Shown: piece after piece, positions 18,162-27,769 of the stretch
Layout: each line of letters begins with the position of its first letter
Numbering within the stretch: the first letter of the stretch is position 1
NCBI GenBank assembly: GCA_965238265.1
Contig: OZ250185.1
Coordinates: 4,081,031 to 4,145,030, forward strand
DNA length: 64,000 nt
Direction of reading: 5' to 3'
From: Chloroflexota bacterium
GTDB taxonomy: Bacteria > Chloroflexota > UBA11872 > UBA12225 > JAJDUF01
The notes under the pieces: generated by a model
The model's input: the letters and a program-made list of their open reading frames with translations, nothing else
Told to the model about the DNA's origin: nothing
Databases searched by the model: none
Position numbers and translations under genes: made by a program

Positions 18162-18786
18162 ATCCTCCTTCTGGAATTGGCATCCAATAGCTTATGGGCG
18201 TCTCCAACGGTAGAATAGGGTTCGGTTCCTCACAGTAAAGATTCCTCCAGCCCGGTGACCGTCTATGCATAGACCAAGCGGCGAATGCGGCAAGCACGGC
18301 ATCACGCTCATGCTCAGATCGGCCATTTGTCAATTGTGTCAATTGGGCTGATTCTTCAGCACATAGTAGCCAAAGCAATGCTTTGGGATGCGCCTCGGTA
18401 ATCGGCACATCGAATTCTTTCCTGACATACGATCCCAACAAAACACCCTGTACCAAGCATGCGCCTCGCAATGCATTAACGTGCTGAACGGTGCCTGGTG
18501 CAGTTCTACAGCCATGATGAGTTATTGCTTCCCTGACAATTTTATCAACTTGTCTACCACCGATGTCGCTCCAAAACATCGGAGCATCAATCCCGGCTGC
18601 CACAACACGCGCGTTCGATGGGAGCTTAGACGATACCTTCCTGGTTACTTCCAGTGCGTGGCTTGCTACACCGGTCTTGCAGATACACAGTTGTTCTCCG
18701 CCGACCGTGCATATGCTCCAGCCAAATTTCCCGGCACCGCCAGGATCGAACCCCAATACGACATCTACCCGTTCGTTCATTTCCAT
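18133..18786 (-). CDS. DUF429-like protein (predicted RNase H-fold)
   Basis: VVLGFDPGGAGKFGWS ... VVAAGIDAPMFW ... ITEAHPKA match my recollection of the DUF429 pattern. It is visibly AT-richer than its neighbours, and its 3' end overlaps the cca start. Confidence 0.6.
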   Translation of the reverse strand: MEMNERVDVVLGFDPGGAGKFGWSICTVGGEQLCICKTGVASHALEVTRKVSSKLPSNARVVAAGIDAPMFWSDIGGRQVDKIVREAITHHGCRTAPGTVQHVNALRGACLVQGVLLGSYVRKEFDVPITEAHPKALLWLLCAEESAQLTQLTNGRSEHERDAVLAAFAAWSMHRRSPGWRNLYCEEPNPILPLETPISYWMPIPEGGCGRGAEGRQ

Positions 18787-18843
18787 CCTCCCTCTATGGC
18801 AAGGGTGGTTTTTCGCGTGGAACTACGTACCTCCCCCAGCCCC

Positions 18844-18870
18844 CTGGATTGCGGCTTCTGCCGCAATGAC
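18844..18870. repeat. hairpin repeat, family A variant (gattgcggc-ttc-tgccgcaat)
   Basis: ctggattgcggcttctgccgcaatgac. The same module occurs at 53620 and 55285. Confidence 0.75.
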
Positions 18871-18888
18871 GAGCGACTAGAGGCGGCG

Positions 18889-20049
18889 CTACGGTCCCTC
18901 GTCGGCGGGGTGGCGGATGCGCCGGGGTGGAAACTGCCGATAGGGATGCCGTGCGAGGGCGTCTTCGTTCAGGTCGAGACCGAGGCCGGGGGCCGTTGGC
19001 AGCGCGATATAGCCGTTCTCGACCGTAAACGGCGGTGCGGCGATCTCCTGCCCTAGGGTCTCGAAGTTGACGAAGTATTCGGTGATGAGGAAGTTGGGCA
19101 TCACCGCTGCGGCGTGGATGGTGGCAGCCAGACCGACGGTGGTGCTGTTGTAGTTGTGGGGCGCGACTGCTACATGGTAGGCCTCGGCCATCGCCGCGAT
19201 CTCTTTCAACTCCAGAATGCCACCGCAGTTGCAGACATCGGGGTTGATGATGTCGGCTGCCCGCAGCTCGAAGACGGGCCGGAACTCGGCCTTGGTGTAT
19301 AGCTCTTCACCCGTCACCACGGGCAATTGGATATTCCGCCGCACCTCGGCCAGCGCCGTGAGGTCACGCGCCGACACCGGCTCCTCGTACCAGAAGGGAT
19401 CGAACGCTTCGATCATGCGCGCAACACGCACGGCCGGCAGTGGGGCGAGACGGCGGTGGACCTCGATGAGCAGATCAATCGCCGGGCCAACCGCCTCACG
19501 GACCGCCCGCACGCTGGCGACGGCGGCCTGCTCCTCCGCACGGCTGATATAGGGACGCCAGGGCGCCGGAAAGGGGTCCCACTTCAGCGCGGTAAAGCCC
19601 CGTTCGACCAGCACCGCGGCCTTGCGTGCCGTCTCCTCCGGCGCATCGCTGCCACTCGACCAGCCGTTGGCGTACACCCGAATGCGGTCGCGGCACGGGC
19701 CGCCCAGCAGGTTGTAGACCGGCACGTCGAGGGCTTTGCCGGCAATGTCCCAGAGGGCCTGCTCCAGGCCACTCAGCGCCGAGTAGAAATCCATCGCGCC
19801 GCGCTTGCCGGCAAAGTCCAGGTACATGACCGTGGTGAAATGCTTGATCTGAAACGGATCGCGTCCGATCAAATATCGGCGCATTTGCTCCACGTGTACC
19901 CCTATAGCGTGGTCGCGGTCGGCTTGCGTATACGCCTCGCCCCACCCGTGGATGCCGGCATCCGTCTCGACCTTCACAAACAGCCAGTTTTTGCCGGTCC
20001 CCGGATGGACGAGGAAGGTCTTTACGTCCGTTACCTTCATGCGCTCCAC
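18889..20049 (-). CDS. enolase-superfamily enzyme (mandelate racemase/muconate lactonizing family; sugar-acid dehydratase-like)
   Basis: MKVTDVKTFLVHPG..NWLFVKVETDAGIHGWGEA N-terminal capping domain and a TIM barrel with metal-ligand acidic residues (EEP...GEE). Confidence 0.9.
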   Translation of the reverse strand: MERMKVTDVKTFLVHPGTGKNWLFVKVETDAGIHGWGEAYTQADRDHAIGVHVEQMRRYLIGRDPFQIKHFTTVMYLDFAGKRGAMDFYSALSGLEQALWDIAGKALDVPVYNLLGGPCRDRIRVYANGWSSGSDAPEETARKAAVLVERGFTALKWDPFPAPWRPYISRAEEQAAVASVRAVREAVGPAIDLLIEVHRRLAPLPAVRVARMIEAFDPFWYEEPVSARDLTALAEVRRNIQLPVVTGEELYTKAEFRPVFELRAADIINPDVCNCGGILELKEIAAMAEAYHVAVAPHNYNSTTVGLAATIHAAAVMPNFLITEYFVNFETLGQEIAAPPFTVENGYIALPTAPGLGLDLNEDALARHPYRQFPPRRIRHPADEGP

Positions 20050-20113
20050 TCCTCAGCGATGTCGTGCTTCCGCGCGCAACGCCGGCCCCCACTGTAGCAC
20101 CTGACATCTGTCC

Positions 20114-20139
20114 GTCATTCCCGCTTTCGCGGGAATCCA
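20114..20139. repeat. hairpin repeat, family A
   Basis: gtcattcccgctttcgcgggaatcca. Confidence 0.8.
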
Positions 20140-20200
20140 CCCCTGCCGCCGGATTCCGGCCGGCAGGGGCATGACGGGGGTGATGGAGGGGAGGCCGATA

Positions 20201-20325
20201 TTGCACCTAACCCCCGGCCCCTTCTCTGGAGGGAAGGGGATTCATCTACCAGGGGTAGGTAGTGGTGCCGGGGCGTGGGACGCCCCGCGCGCCGCCAGGG
20301 TAGGGGCGTCCCTTGTGGGTGCCCT
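20201..20325. repeat. composite repeat, families D and F
   Basis: ttgcacctaacccccggccccttctctggagggaagggga, followed by the inverted pair gggacgcccc...ggggcgtcccttgtgggtgccc (family F core gcccacaagggacgcccc). Confidence 0.75.
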
Positions 20326-20530
20326 GGATCCGAGGGTATTGACGCGGGCAACCACCGGGTTGCCCCTACAGTGGTCCTCCCCGCCGGCCAGCAGGGGAGT
20401 TAGGCACCGAAAATCAGCACGGCGCACAAAGATACGCGGCCCGGCCTCATGCCGCGGCATGAGGCTAACCCGGGGTTATGAGGACAGTTGGAGGGAGGAC
20501 TCGGCATCGCCCCCCTTGCTTGGGAAGCTA

Positions 20531-20755
20531 CTAGCCTATCAAGTTCATTTCGGGGCTGGCGAGCACTGTCACGATTGCGGCCACTCCCACGATCACGTAG
20601 ATGATCCTGGAGATCACGTTGACCTCGCCAAACTTAAGCCCACCGGCAATGAGCGCGACGAGATCGAACTTGAACAGGCCAACCAGTCCCCAGTTGAGTG
20701 CCCCGATGAGTGCCAGGATCCCGGCCACATTGTAGATTATCTCCATGGCATCCAT
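20531..20755 (-). CDS. DUF378-family small membrane protein
   Basis: MDAMEIIYNVAGILALIGALNWGLVGLFKFDLVA... The start at 20755 is preferred over the ORF-track start because AAGGAGGAGGGAGCC precedes that ATG. Confidence 0.75.
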   Translation of the reverse strand: MDAMEIIYNVAGILALIGALNWGLVGLFKFDLVALIAGGLKFGEVNVISRIIYVIVGVAAIVTVLASPEMNLIG

Positions 20756-21021
20756 GGCTCCCTCCTCCTTTGCGCGTTCTCTCCACTGCGCGCTGAACCT
20801 ATTTAACGGATTTTTCCAAGTGTGTCGACTCATTGCGGCGCAATTTGGAGGCTTGGGCCAGCAGCCAGGTGTCGGTCGGACAGCACACGATCACGAGAAA
20901 TATGTCACTATCCAGCCGGGAGGCCCGGCCGCGCGGTGGTTACTGCCAGTACCGAGCGGCCGGCCGCGCTCTTTGCAAGTCCCGGACAGCTCGCACACAG
21001 AGTTGGCTAGGAAGGAAAACT

Positions 21022-22527
21022 ATGAATACGTCAGCCGGCAGTCGCGACGGCTTCCTGCTCCTGACCGGGGTCGAGGCGTCCTATCACGTCGTCCGGCGCG
21101 TCTGTGCGGCCGAGAAACACCCCAATAACCCGGTGCTCCCCCTCGGCGACATGCACGAGTGGGACGCCACCCAGGCCAGACCGTGGTCGTCCCCGACGGT
21201 CATCTGGGACGAGGAGGAGCGCATCTTCAAGGCCTGGTACTCCGGCTCCGACGTTGCGCCCGAACGCTGGACCGCGGTGGGCTATGCCACCAGCCTCGAC
21301 GGCGTGACGTGGGAGAAGCCCCGGTTGGGGCTGCACGAGTTCCGCGGGTCGAGCGCCAATAATATCGTGGTGATGGGCTATGGGCCGGTGCTCAAGGACA
21401 CCGCCGAGCCGGACCCGGCCAGGCGCTACAAGATGATCCTGCGGGGGCCGCGACCGCGCACCGACGGCGCGGTTGCCCCGGCGACGGGCCCCGACCGTGG
21501 GATGCGGCTGAACTATTCGCCGGACGGTATCCACTGGACGGAGGGACCCAGCCTGCGCTTGCCGCAGTGGCGGGATCGCTCGCTCGCCTACGGCGACCCC
21601 GGCGCGTTGGTCCGCGACGACCAGGAGCACGATCCCTCGCGCCGGTACAAGCTGGTGTGGCAGGCGGGAGTGCCGATGGACAAGCCGGACAAGCAGATGG
21701 GCCGCGCGAAGTTCCTGTCGTATGGTCCGGACATCGAGCACCTGCGGGCAGCGGACCACAACCCGCTCCTCTCCCCCGACGAAGGCTTCGAGTACGAGAA
21801 CCATCACGTGCTGTTTGCCCCTTACGGGGGCGCTTGGGCAATGGCCTACGAGTACGGCTGGTACGTGCCGAACGGCTATGGCGTCTATGGCACCTACTAC
21901 GCCGACGTGCGGCTGGCGGTCAGCGCCGACGGTGAGCGCTTCGAGCGCATTGACGTGCATCAGCCGCTGATCCCGCGCGGCGATAACCGGGAGTGGGACG
22001 GCGGCCTGCTGGTGATCGCCGACAAGCCGGCCATCAAGGACGGGACGATCCACCTCTTCTACGGGGGCAATGGGGAGGAGTGGACCAGCTGGCCCGGCGA
22101 GAACACGCCTGCGGTCTATCCCTACGCGAGCACCGGCCAGGTCCGCCTGTCGCGACTAGGGCTGGCCACGCTGCGGGAAGACGGGTGGACGTGCCTGGAG
22201 TCGGCGGACCGGGAAGTGCCCGGCTGGGCGGTCACTACCCCTATCGAGCGGACCGACCGCACGACGGCGCTGACGGTGAACGTGGGGGAGGTGCGCCAGA
22301 ACCGGAGCTGGGTGGAAGTCGAGGTGCTGGACGCGACGACGCTGGAGCCGCTAGAGGGCTATCGGCGGGAAGACTGCCATGACCTGTGTACAGATGGGTG
22401 GCGGCAGGAGGTGCGCTGGCGCGGGGGCAGCCTCCGGGAGCTAGCCGGGCAGCGGTTCCGACTGAAGTTCTGGCTCTATGGCCGTGCCCGGCTCTATGCC
22501 TACGGCTTCGACGCCGCAGGAGGCTGA
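21022..22527 (+). CDS. beta-propeller glycosidase-like protein with C-terminal beta-sandwich (GH32/43-like fold family; paralog A)
   Basis: GYATSLDGVTWEKP and repeated W/D-rich blades. The C-terminal pattern is LTVNVGEV...VEVEVLD..LEPLEGYRREDC...VRWRGG...GQRFRLKFWLYGRARLYAYGF. The start at 21022 follows GGAAGGA. It is a paralog of 27766..29133. Confidence 0.65.
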   Translation: MNTSAGSRDGFLLLTGVEASYHVVRRVCAAEKHPNNPVLPLGDMHEWDATQARPWSSPTVIWDEEERIFKAWYSGSDVAPERWTAVGYATSLDGVTWEKPRLGLHEFRGSSANNIVVMGYGPVLKDTAEPDPARRYKMILRGPRPRTDGAVAPATGPDRGMRLNYSPDGIHWTEGPSLRLPQWRDRSLAYGDPGALVRDDQEHDPSRRYKLVWQAGVPMDKPDKQMGRAKFLSYGPDIEHLRAADHNPLLSPDEGFEYENHHVLFAPYGGAWAMAYEYGWYVPNGYGVYGTYYADVRLAVSADGERFERIDVHQPLIPRGDNREWDGGLLVIADKPAIKDGTIHLFYGGNGEEWTSWPGENTPAVYPYASTGQVRLSRLGLATLREDGWTCLESADREVPGWAVTTPIERTDRTTALTVNVGEVRQNRSWVEVEVLDATTLEPLEGYRREDCHDLCTDGWRQEVRWRGGSLRELAGQRFRLKFWLYGRARLYAYGFDAAGG

Positions 22528-23807
22528 TGATGCCCAGGCCGGTGGACGCCGTGCTCGTCGGGGCCGGGATGCGCGGCTACTACAGTCATGGCCGGTACGC
22601 CCGTGAGCACCCCGACACGCTACGCTTTGTAGCGGTAGCGGAGCTTGATGCGGCGAAGCGGGAGCGCTTTGCTCGCGCCCACGACCTGCCCCCGGAGCGC
22701 TGCTTTGGGTCGTGGGAAGAGCTGGTGGCCCACGAGCAGTTGGCACCAGTGCTCATCAATGCCACCAACGATGGGGTGCATTTCGCCTCAACCATGGGCG
22801 CGCTGGAAGCCGGATACGACGTGCTGCTGGAGAAACCGATCGCCAGCACGTTGGCCGAGAGCGTTAGCCTGGTACAGACGGCGGCCAGGCTGCAGCGGGC
22901 CGTGTGGGTCACGCATACGCTACGCCACTCCCCCTTCTTCCAGACGATCCGGCGGCTGGTCCAATCGGGCCGTCTCGGCGATGTCGTGGTGGTGCGGCAT
23001 TCTGAGAACGTCTCCTGGTTCCGCATGGCGCACTCCTTCGTGCGTGGCTTCTACTCGAACAGCAAGGTCGCCGCTCCCATGATTCTGAGTAAGTGCTGCC
23101 ACGATCTGGACCTGCTCTATTGGATTCTCGGTCGCCGGGTAGTGCGTCTTTCCTCGTTCGGCTCGCTGCTGCACTTCCGTCCGGACCGAGCGCCGCACCC
23201 GGAGGTGCCGGAGCGCTGCACCGATGGCTGCCCGGTGGAAGACGAGTGCGCCTACTATGCCCCGCGCATGTACGAGCCGGACTTCATGCAGTCCTTTGCC
23301 CGCCACTTCACGGTAGACCTGGACCGGGCCAGCATACTCCAGGCGCTGCGTACCGGTCCGTTCGGCCGCTGCGTCTACCGTTGCTCGAACGACGTGGTGG
23401 ATCACCAGACCGTGAACATGGAGTTCGAGGGCGGCGCTACCGTCAACCTCGTCATGCAGGGCCACTCCTATCACGATTCGCGCACCATGCGCTACGACGG
23501 TACCTTGGCCACGCTCGAAGGCCGGTTCCGCGCTGACATCACTGTCCACGACCACCGACCGGGGAAGCCGGTGGAGCGGATCGTGCCCCGCGCCGGTGGC
23601 GGGCACGGCGGCGGCGACAAGGGCGTCTTGGAGAGCCTTGTGCAGGGGATCCGGGGACAAGGCGCCGGCCTGTTGAGCACCGCCGAGGAGGCGTTGGAGA
23701 GCCACCTGATGGCCTTTGCCGCTGAGGAATCGCGGCTCGGCGGGGGCACTGCCATAGACATGGAGGAGTACCGGCGGGCGGCACACGCCCTGGGACCGAC
23801 GGCATAA
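22527..23807 (+). CDS. Gfo/Idh/MocA-family NAD(P)-dependent oxidoreductase
   Basis: AVLVGAGMRGYY Rossmann N-terminus and an EKP motif (VLLEKPIAST). The ATGA overlap with the preceding stop indicates translational coupling. Confidence 0.85.
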   Translation: MMPRPVDAVLVGAGMRGYYSHGRYAREHPDTLRFVAVAELDAAKRERFARAHDLPPERCFGSWEELVAHEQLAPVLINATNDGVHFASTMGALEAGYDVLLEKPIASTLAESVSLVQTAARLQRAVWVTHTLRHSPFFQTIRRLVQSGRLGDVVVVRHSENVSWFRMAHSFVRGFYSNSKVAAPMILSKCCHDLDLLYWILGRRVVRLSSFGSLLHFRPDRAPHPEVPERCTDGCPVEDECAYYAPRMYEPDFMQSFARHFTVDLDRASILQALRTGPFGRCVYRCSNDVVDHQTVNMEFEGGATVNLVMQGHSYHDSRTMRYDGTLATLEGRFRADITVHDHRPGKPVERIVPRAGGGHGGGDKGVLESLVQGIRGQGAGLLSTAEEALESHLMAFAAEESRLGGGTAIDMEEYRRAAHALGPTA

Positions 23808-23830
23808 GCCGGAGTGGGCCGCGCCGCACC

Positions 23831-23863
23831 TTTAGCCACAGAGAACACGGAGAGCACAGAGTA
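23831..23863. repeat. short repeat, family G
   Basis: tttagccacagagaacacggagagcacagagt, also present as tttagccacagagcacacagagagcacagagt at 51301..51333. Confidence 0.8.
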
Positions 23864-23877
23864 GGGGGAGTGCTGCG

Positions 23878-25092
23878 ATGAAGATTACCGCCGTTCGCCC
23901 GGTCCTGGTGACGGTCCCGGAGCCGTGGGAGCACGGCATGCGACCTTCGACCTACGGGTTTGTGCGCGTCGAGACGGACGCCGGGATCGTGGGCTTCGGC
24001 GAGACGTACATCGCGTGGTACAACCCGGAGGTTGTGCCGCCGCTCGTCGAGCACTTCGGCAACGTCGTGCTGGGCGAGGACCCGCTGGCGATCAATAGCC
24101 TGTGGCGCAAGATGATGGTCAAGACGCTGCGCTGGGGACCGATGGGGCCGGCCATCTCGGTGCTGGGTGCAGTCGAGATGGCGCTCTGGGACATTCTCGG
24201 GAAGGTGGCAAATCTGCCCGTCTACCAGCTGCTCGGGGGCCTCGCGCACGATTCCCTACGCTGCTACACGAGCATAGCGCGAGCCGACCAGGAGGCCGCC
24301 GATAAGCTGCTGGGGCAGGGCTATTCCGCCCTCAAGGTGGCCCATATCGGAGAGATGCTCCAGGCACCCTACATCACCCTCCCGGACCTCATCAAGCAGG
24401 AGTGCGCCAAAGTCGAGGAGATGCGGGAGGTGCTCGGTGACGGGGTTGACCTGATGCTCGACCCCGGCATGCCGTTTTATCGCCGGCCGTGGTCGGTGGA
24501 CATTGCGCTGCGGGTCGTCAAAGCGCTGGATGCCTATAACCTCCTTTGGATGGAACAGCCGGTCCTGCAAACCAACGTTGATGACTATGTACGCATTCGC
24601 CAGCTCACCACCACGGCGCTGGCGGCGGGCGAGAACGAAACCACGCTCCACGGCTATAAGCCGTTTTTCGAGAAACGGGCGATAGACATTGTCCAGCCGG
24701 ACGCGACGTGGTGCGGCGGGATCAGCGAGGACATGAAGATCATGGCCGCGGCGGACGCGCACGACATGCGGACGGTTACGCACAGCTTCAGCGGCGCCGT
24801 CGGCCTCGCCGCCAACTTCCACGTCGGGTTTGTGAACAGGAACTGCTTCATGGTGCGCTTCCCTACCAAATACAATCCTTTCGGACTGGGCCTCATCGAA
24901 CAAGCCTTCGAGTTCAAGGACGGCTATATTCACCCCACCGGGGCACCCGGACTGGGCATAGACTTGCCCGACAGCCTGATCGAGCAGTACCCGTTCATCC
25001 CGAACAGCGGCATCTCACACGGCCGGTCGCCATTTCCGCGGCCGACTGCGCCGGACTGGAGTCCGGCCGAGCAGGATACGGTGTCGTGGTGA
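23878..25092 (+). CDS. enolase-superfamily enzyme (mandelate racemase/muconate lactonizing family)
   Basis: MKITAVRPVLV...FVRVETDAGIVGFGETY, followed by MEQP...AAGENE...DIVQPD barrel motifs. Confidence 0.9.
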   Translation: MKITAVRPVLVTVPEPWEHGMRPSTYGFVRVETDAGIVGFGETYIAWYNPEVVPPLVEHFGNVVLGEDPLAINSLWRKMMVKTLRWGPMGPAISVLGAVEMALWDILGKVANLPVYQLLGGLAHDSLRCYTSIARADQEAADKLLGQGYSALKVAHIGEMLQAPYITLPDLIKQECAKVEEMREVLGDGVDLMLDPGMPFYRRPWSVDIALRVVKALDAYNLLWMEQPVLQTNVDDYVRIRQLTTTALAAGENETTLHGYKPFFEKRAIDIVQPDATWCGGISEDMKIMAAADAHDMRTVTHSFSGAVGLAANFHVGFVNRNCFMVRFPTKYNPFGLGLIEQAFEFKDGYIHPTGAPGLGIDLPDSLIEQYPFIPNSGISHGRSPFPRPTAPDWSPAEQDTVSW

Positions 25093-25163
25093 GCTGACCG
25101 CGCCACCCGTAGGCGTAGGCGCCATGCTCGCGGTGCATAATCCGGGTCAGGAGAGAGATACGC

Positions 25164-26192
25164 ATGACAGCGACAACCAAGCTGCTCGTTACGGTGGCGG
25201 AGCTGGAGGGGCGGGAGGACCTGCTCGCGGAGATCGCGGCCGTATCGCCGCGCCTGGAGGTGGAACAGCGGACCTGCCGGTCGGCGGCGGAGGTCACGGC
25301 GGCGCTGGGAGACGCGGAGATCATCTACACGCTCTGGTTTCCGGAGACCATCGCGCCGGACTCGACGCTGCGGTGGCTGCAAATGACTTCCACCGGGGTG
25401 GACAACAAGCTCTCGAACCCGGTGTTCGATCCGCGCAACGCCGTCGTCGTCACGAGCGCTTCCGGTTGCCACGCCGTCCCCATCGCCGAATACTGCCTCT
25501 TTGCGATGGGCATGCTGGCGCGAGGGCTGCTGGGCTTCTATCGCGATCAACAGCAGAAAGTGCGGGATCGGGCGCATAGCACACTCACCGATTTATGGGG
25601 GCAGACGGTCGGGATCGTCGGCTACGGACACATTGGCCGGGAGGTGGCGCGTCTCGCCAAGAGCTTCAACATGCGCGTGCTGGCCCTGAAGCGACACCCG
25701 GAATGGCGGCAGGCCGAGGGCTTCGAACTGGCCGGAGTCGGCGATCCCAACGGCAGTATACCGGAGGCGTTCTTCGGGCCGCAGGACTTAGCTGCGCTCC
25801 TCGCGCGCTCCGATTTCGTGGTATCCACGGTGCCCCTGACCGCGGAGACGGCGCATGTCTTTGACGACGATGCGTTCGCAGCGATGCAGCGCAGCGCCTA
25901 CTTCATCAACGTCAGCCGGGGCGGGGTCGTGGACCACGAGGCGCTGGTCCGGGCGCTGGAGCGGGGCGCTATTCGAGGCGCCTGCCTGGACGTGCTGTTC
26001 AGCGATCCCCGGCCGTTGCCCCCGGAGCATCCGCTGTGGTCACTCGACAACGTGCTGTTGACGCCGCACGTATCGGGCAACCGGAACCCCGACTACATCC
26101 GCAGAGCACAGGACCTGCTCCTGACCAACCTCACGCGGTACCTGCGCGATGAGCCGTTGGTGAACGTGGTGACGAGAGCGAAGGGCTACTGA
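25164..26192 (+). CDS. D-isomer-specific 2-hydroxyacid dehydrogenase family protein
   Basis: NAD-binding motif GIVGYGHIGREVARLAKSFNMRVLAL, catalytic-region NVSRGGVVDHEAL and LTPHVSG. Confidence 0.9.
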   Translation: MTATTKLLVTVAELEGREDLLAEIAAVSPRLEVEQRTCRSAAEVTAALGDAEIIYTLWFPETIAPDSTLRWLQMTSTGVDNKLSNPVFDPRNAVVVTSASGCHAVPIAEYCLFAMGMLARGLLGFYRDQQQKVRDRAHSTLTDLWGQTVGIVGYGHIGREVARLAKSFNMRVLALKRHPEWRQAEGFELAGVGDPNGSIPEAFFGPQDLAALLARSDFVVSTVPLTAETAHVFDDDAFAAMQRSAYFINVSRGGVVDHEALVRALERGAIRGACLDVLFSDPRPLPPEHPLWSLDNVLLTPHVSGNRNPDYIRRAQDLLLTNLTRYLRDEPLVNVVTRAKGY

Positions 26193-26217
26193 CACGGTTG
26201 CCAGGAGGGACGGAGCG

Positions 26218-27000
26218 ATGAGTACGAGCATGAGCACCCAGCAGCAGCTGTTCGCTCGCGACGGCTATGCGATTTATCGGCAGGTTCTGGATGCCGGGCT
26301 GGTACAGGAAGCGCGGGACCACGTCGTCTGGCTCTTGGAGCGGAATCCGGGGCTGCGGCCGGAGCAGCTGCATCACCATCTCATGCGGAACGATCCGTTC
26401 TGGGTGCGGCTGGTCAGCGACGACCGGCTGCTGGACATCGCCGAGGAATACGTCGGGCCGAATATCGCGCTCTTCGCCTCGCACTACATTTCGAAGCCGC
26501 CGGCGGACGGACAGTCGGTGCTCTGGCACCAGGACGGGTCCTACTGGCCGCTGGAGCCGATGGAGGTGGTGACCCTGTGGCTGGCGGTGGATGACGCGAC
26601 TCCGGAGAACGGCTGCCTGCGCGTCATTCCGGGGACGCAGGCGATGCAGCTACACGAGATGGAGCGGCGCGTAGACGTGCCGAACGTGCTCAACTCGCAG
26701 ATCGCCCCGGCGCTAGTGCCAGCGGACCGGGCCGTTGATGTCGTCCTCAGCGCCGGCGACGTGTCGGTGCATCATCCCAATATCATCCATGGATCGAATG
26801 CCAATACCTCGGGAACGACGCGCACCGGCCTGACGATCCGCTATATTCCCACGACGACGCGCATCGTCAGCGGCGAGCAGTGGCCCTCCGTGTTCCTGCT
26901 GCGGGGCACAGCGGTGGCCAACGTCAACGACTACTTGCCGCGTCCCCGCTATCGAGCCGGGGAGCACATGCCGTTTCTCGGCTGCGAGCGGTGGAACTGA
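26218..27000 (+). CDS. phytanoyl-CoA dioxygenase (PhyH) family Fe(II)/2-oxoglutarate oxygenase
   Basis: FARDGYAIYRQVL N-terminus, an HxD facial triad (LWHQDGSYW), a distal His (VHHPNIIHGS) and an Arg (LTIRYIP). Confidence 0.85.
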   Translation: MSTSMSTQQQLFARDGYAIYRQVLDAGLVQEARDHVVWLLERNPGLRPEQLHHHLMRNDPFWVRLVSDDRLLDIAEEYVGPNIALFASHYISKPPADGQSVLWHQDGSYWPLEPMEVVTLWLAVDDATPENGCLRVIPGTQAMQLHEMERRVDVPNVLNSQIAPALVPADRAVDVVLSAGDVSVHHPNIIHGSNANTSGTTRTGLTIRYIPTTTRIVSGEQWPSVFLLRGTAVANVNDYLPRPRYRAGEHMPFLGCERWN

Positions 27001-27025
27001 ATCGCCGGCGATAGGAGGAGGACCG

Positions 27026-27769
27026 ATGGAGCTGAAGGGAAAAGTCGCGCTGGTCACGGGCGCCAGCCGGGGGATCGGTGAGGAGATCGCGCTGGGCTAT
27101 GCGCGCGCTGGCGCACACGTCGTCCTCACGGCCCGCGACGAGGAGCGGCTACAGGCGGTCGCCGCACAGGTTGAAGCCGCCGGCGGGGTCAGCAGCATCT
27201 TCCGGCTGGACGTTACCGAGTACGCGGAGGTCGGCCGCGTCGTCAACCGGACGATCCGTGAGCTGGGACGGATTGACGTGCTGTGCAATAACGCCGGCAT
27301 CAATCTTGCCAACGGCCCGGTCGCCGAGATACCCCCGGAACGGTTCGCCGCTGTGTTCGCGGTCAACACCGTGGGGCTGTATGCCTGCTGCTATGCCGTG
27401 CTGCCCCACATGATCGGGCAGGGCTACGGGCGGATCGTCAACGTCAGCTCGGCCTCCGCCTTCATGTGCCAAGCCGGGAGCGCCGCCTACGCCGGCTCGA
27501 AGGCCGCGGTCAATGCCCTGACTGCCGCGCTGGCGAAAGAGGTACAGGAGCATGGCGTGCTGGTCAATGCCATGAGTCCAGGCGCGGTACGCACGGACAT
27601 GAACCCTACCGCGGCCACCCACCCGGTCGAGGCGGTGCCCACGGCGCTCTGGCTCGCCGCGCTGCCGGCCGGAGGGCCAACGGGCCGGTTCTACCGCTTC
27701 ATGGAAGAGCTTCCGATGCTGCCGGAGCACGATGCTGATTTCATGGCCGGCCCTACCGGATCGCGTTAG
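27026..27769 (+). CDS. short-chain dehydrogenase/reductase (SDR)
   Basis: TGASRGIG cofactor motif, NNAG, and the catalytic S...YAGSKAA (YxxxK). Confidence 0.9.
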   Translation: MELKGKVALVTGASRGIGEEIALGYARAGAHVVLTARDEERLQAVAAQVEAAGGVSSIFRLDVTEYAEVGRVVNRTIRELGRIDVLCNNAGINLANGPVAEIPPERFAAVFAVNTVGLYACCYAVLPHMIGQGYGRIVNVSSASAFMCQAGSAAYAGSKAAVNALTAALAKEVQEHGVLVNAMSPGAVRTDMNPTAATHPVEAVPTALWLAALPAGGPTGRFYRFMEELPMLPEHDADFMAGPTGSR

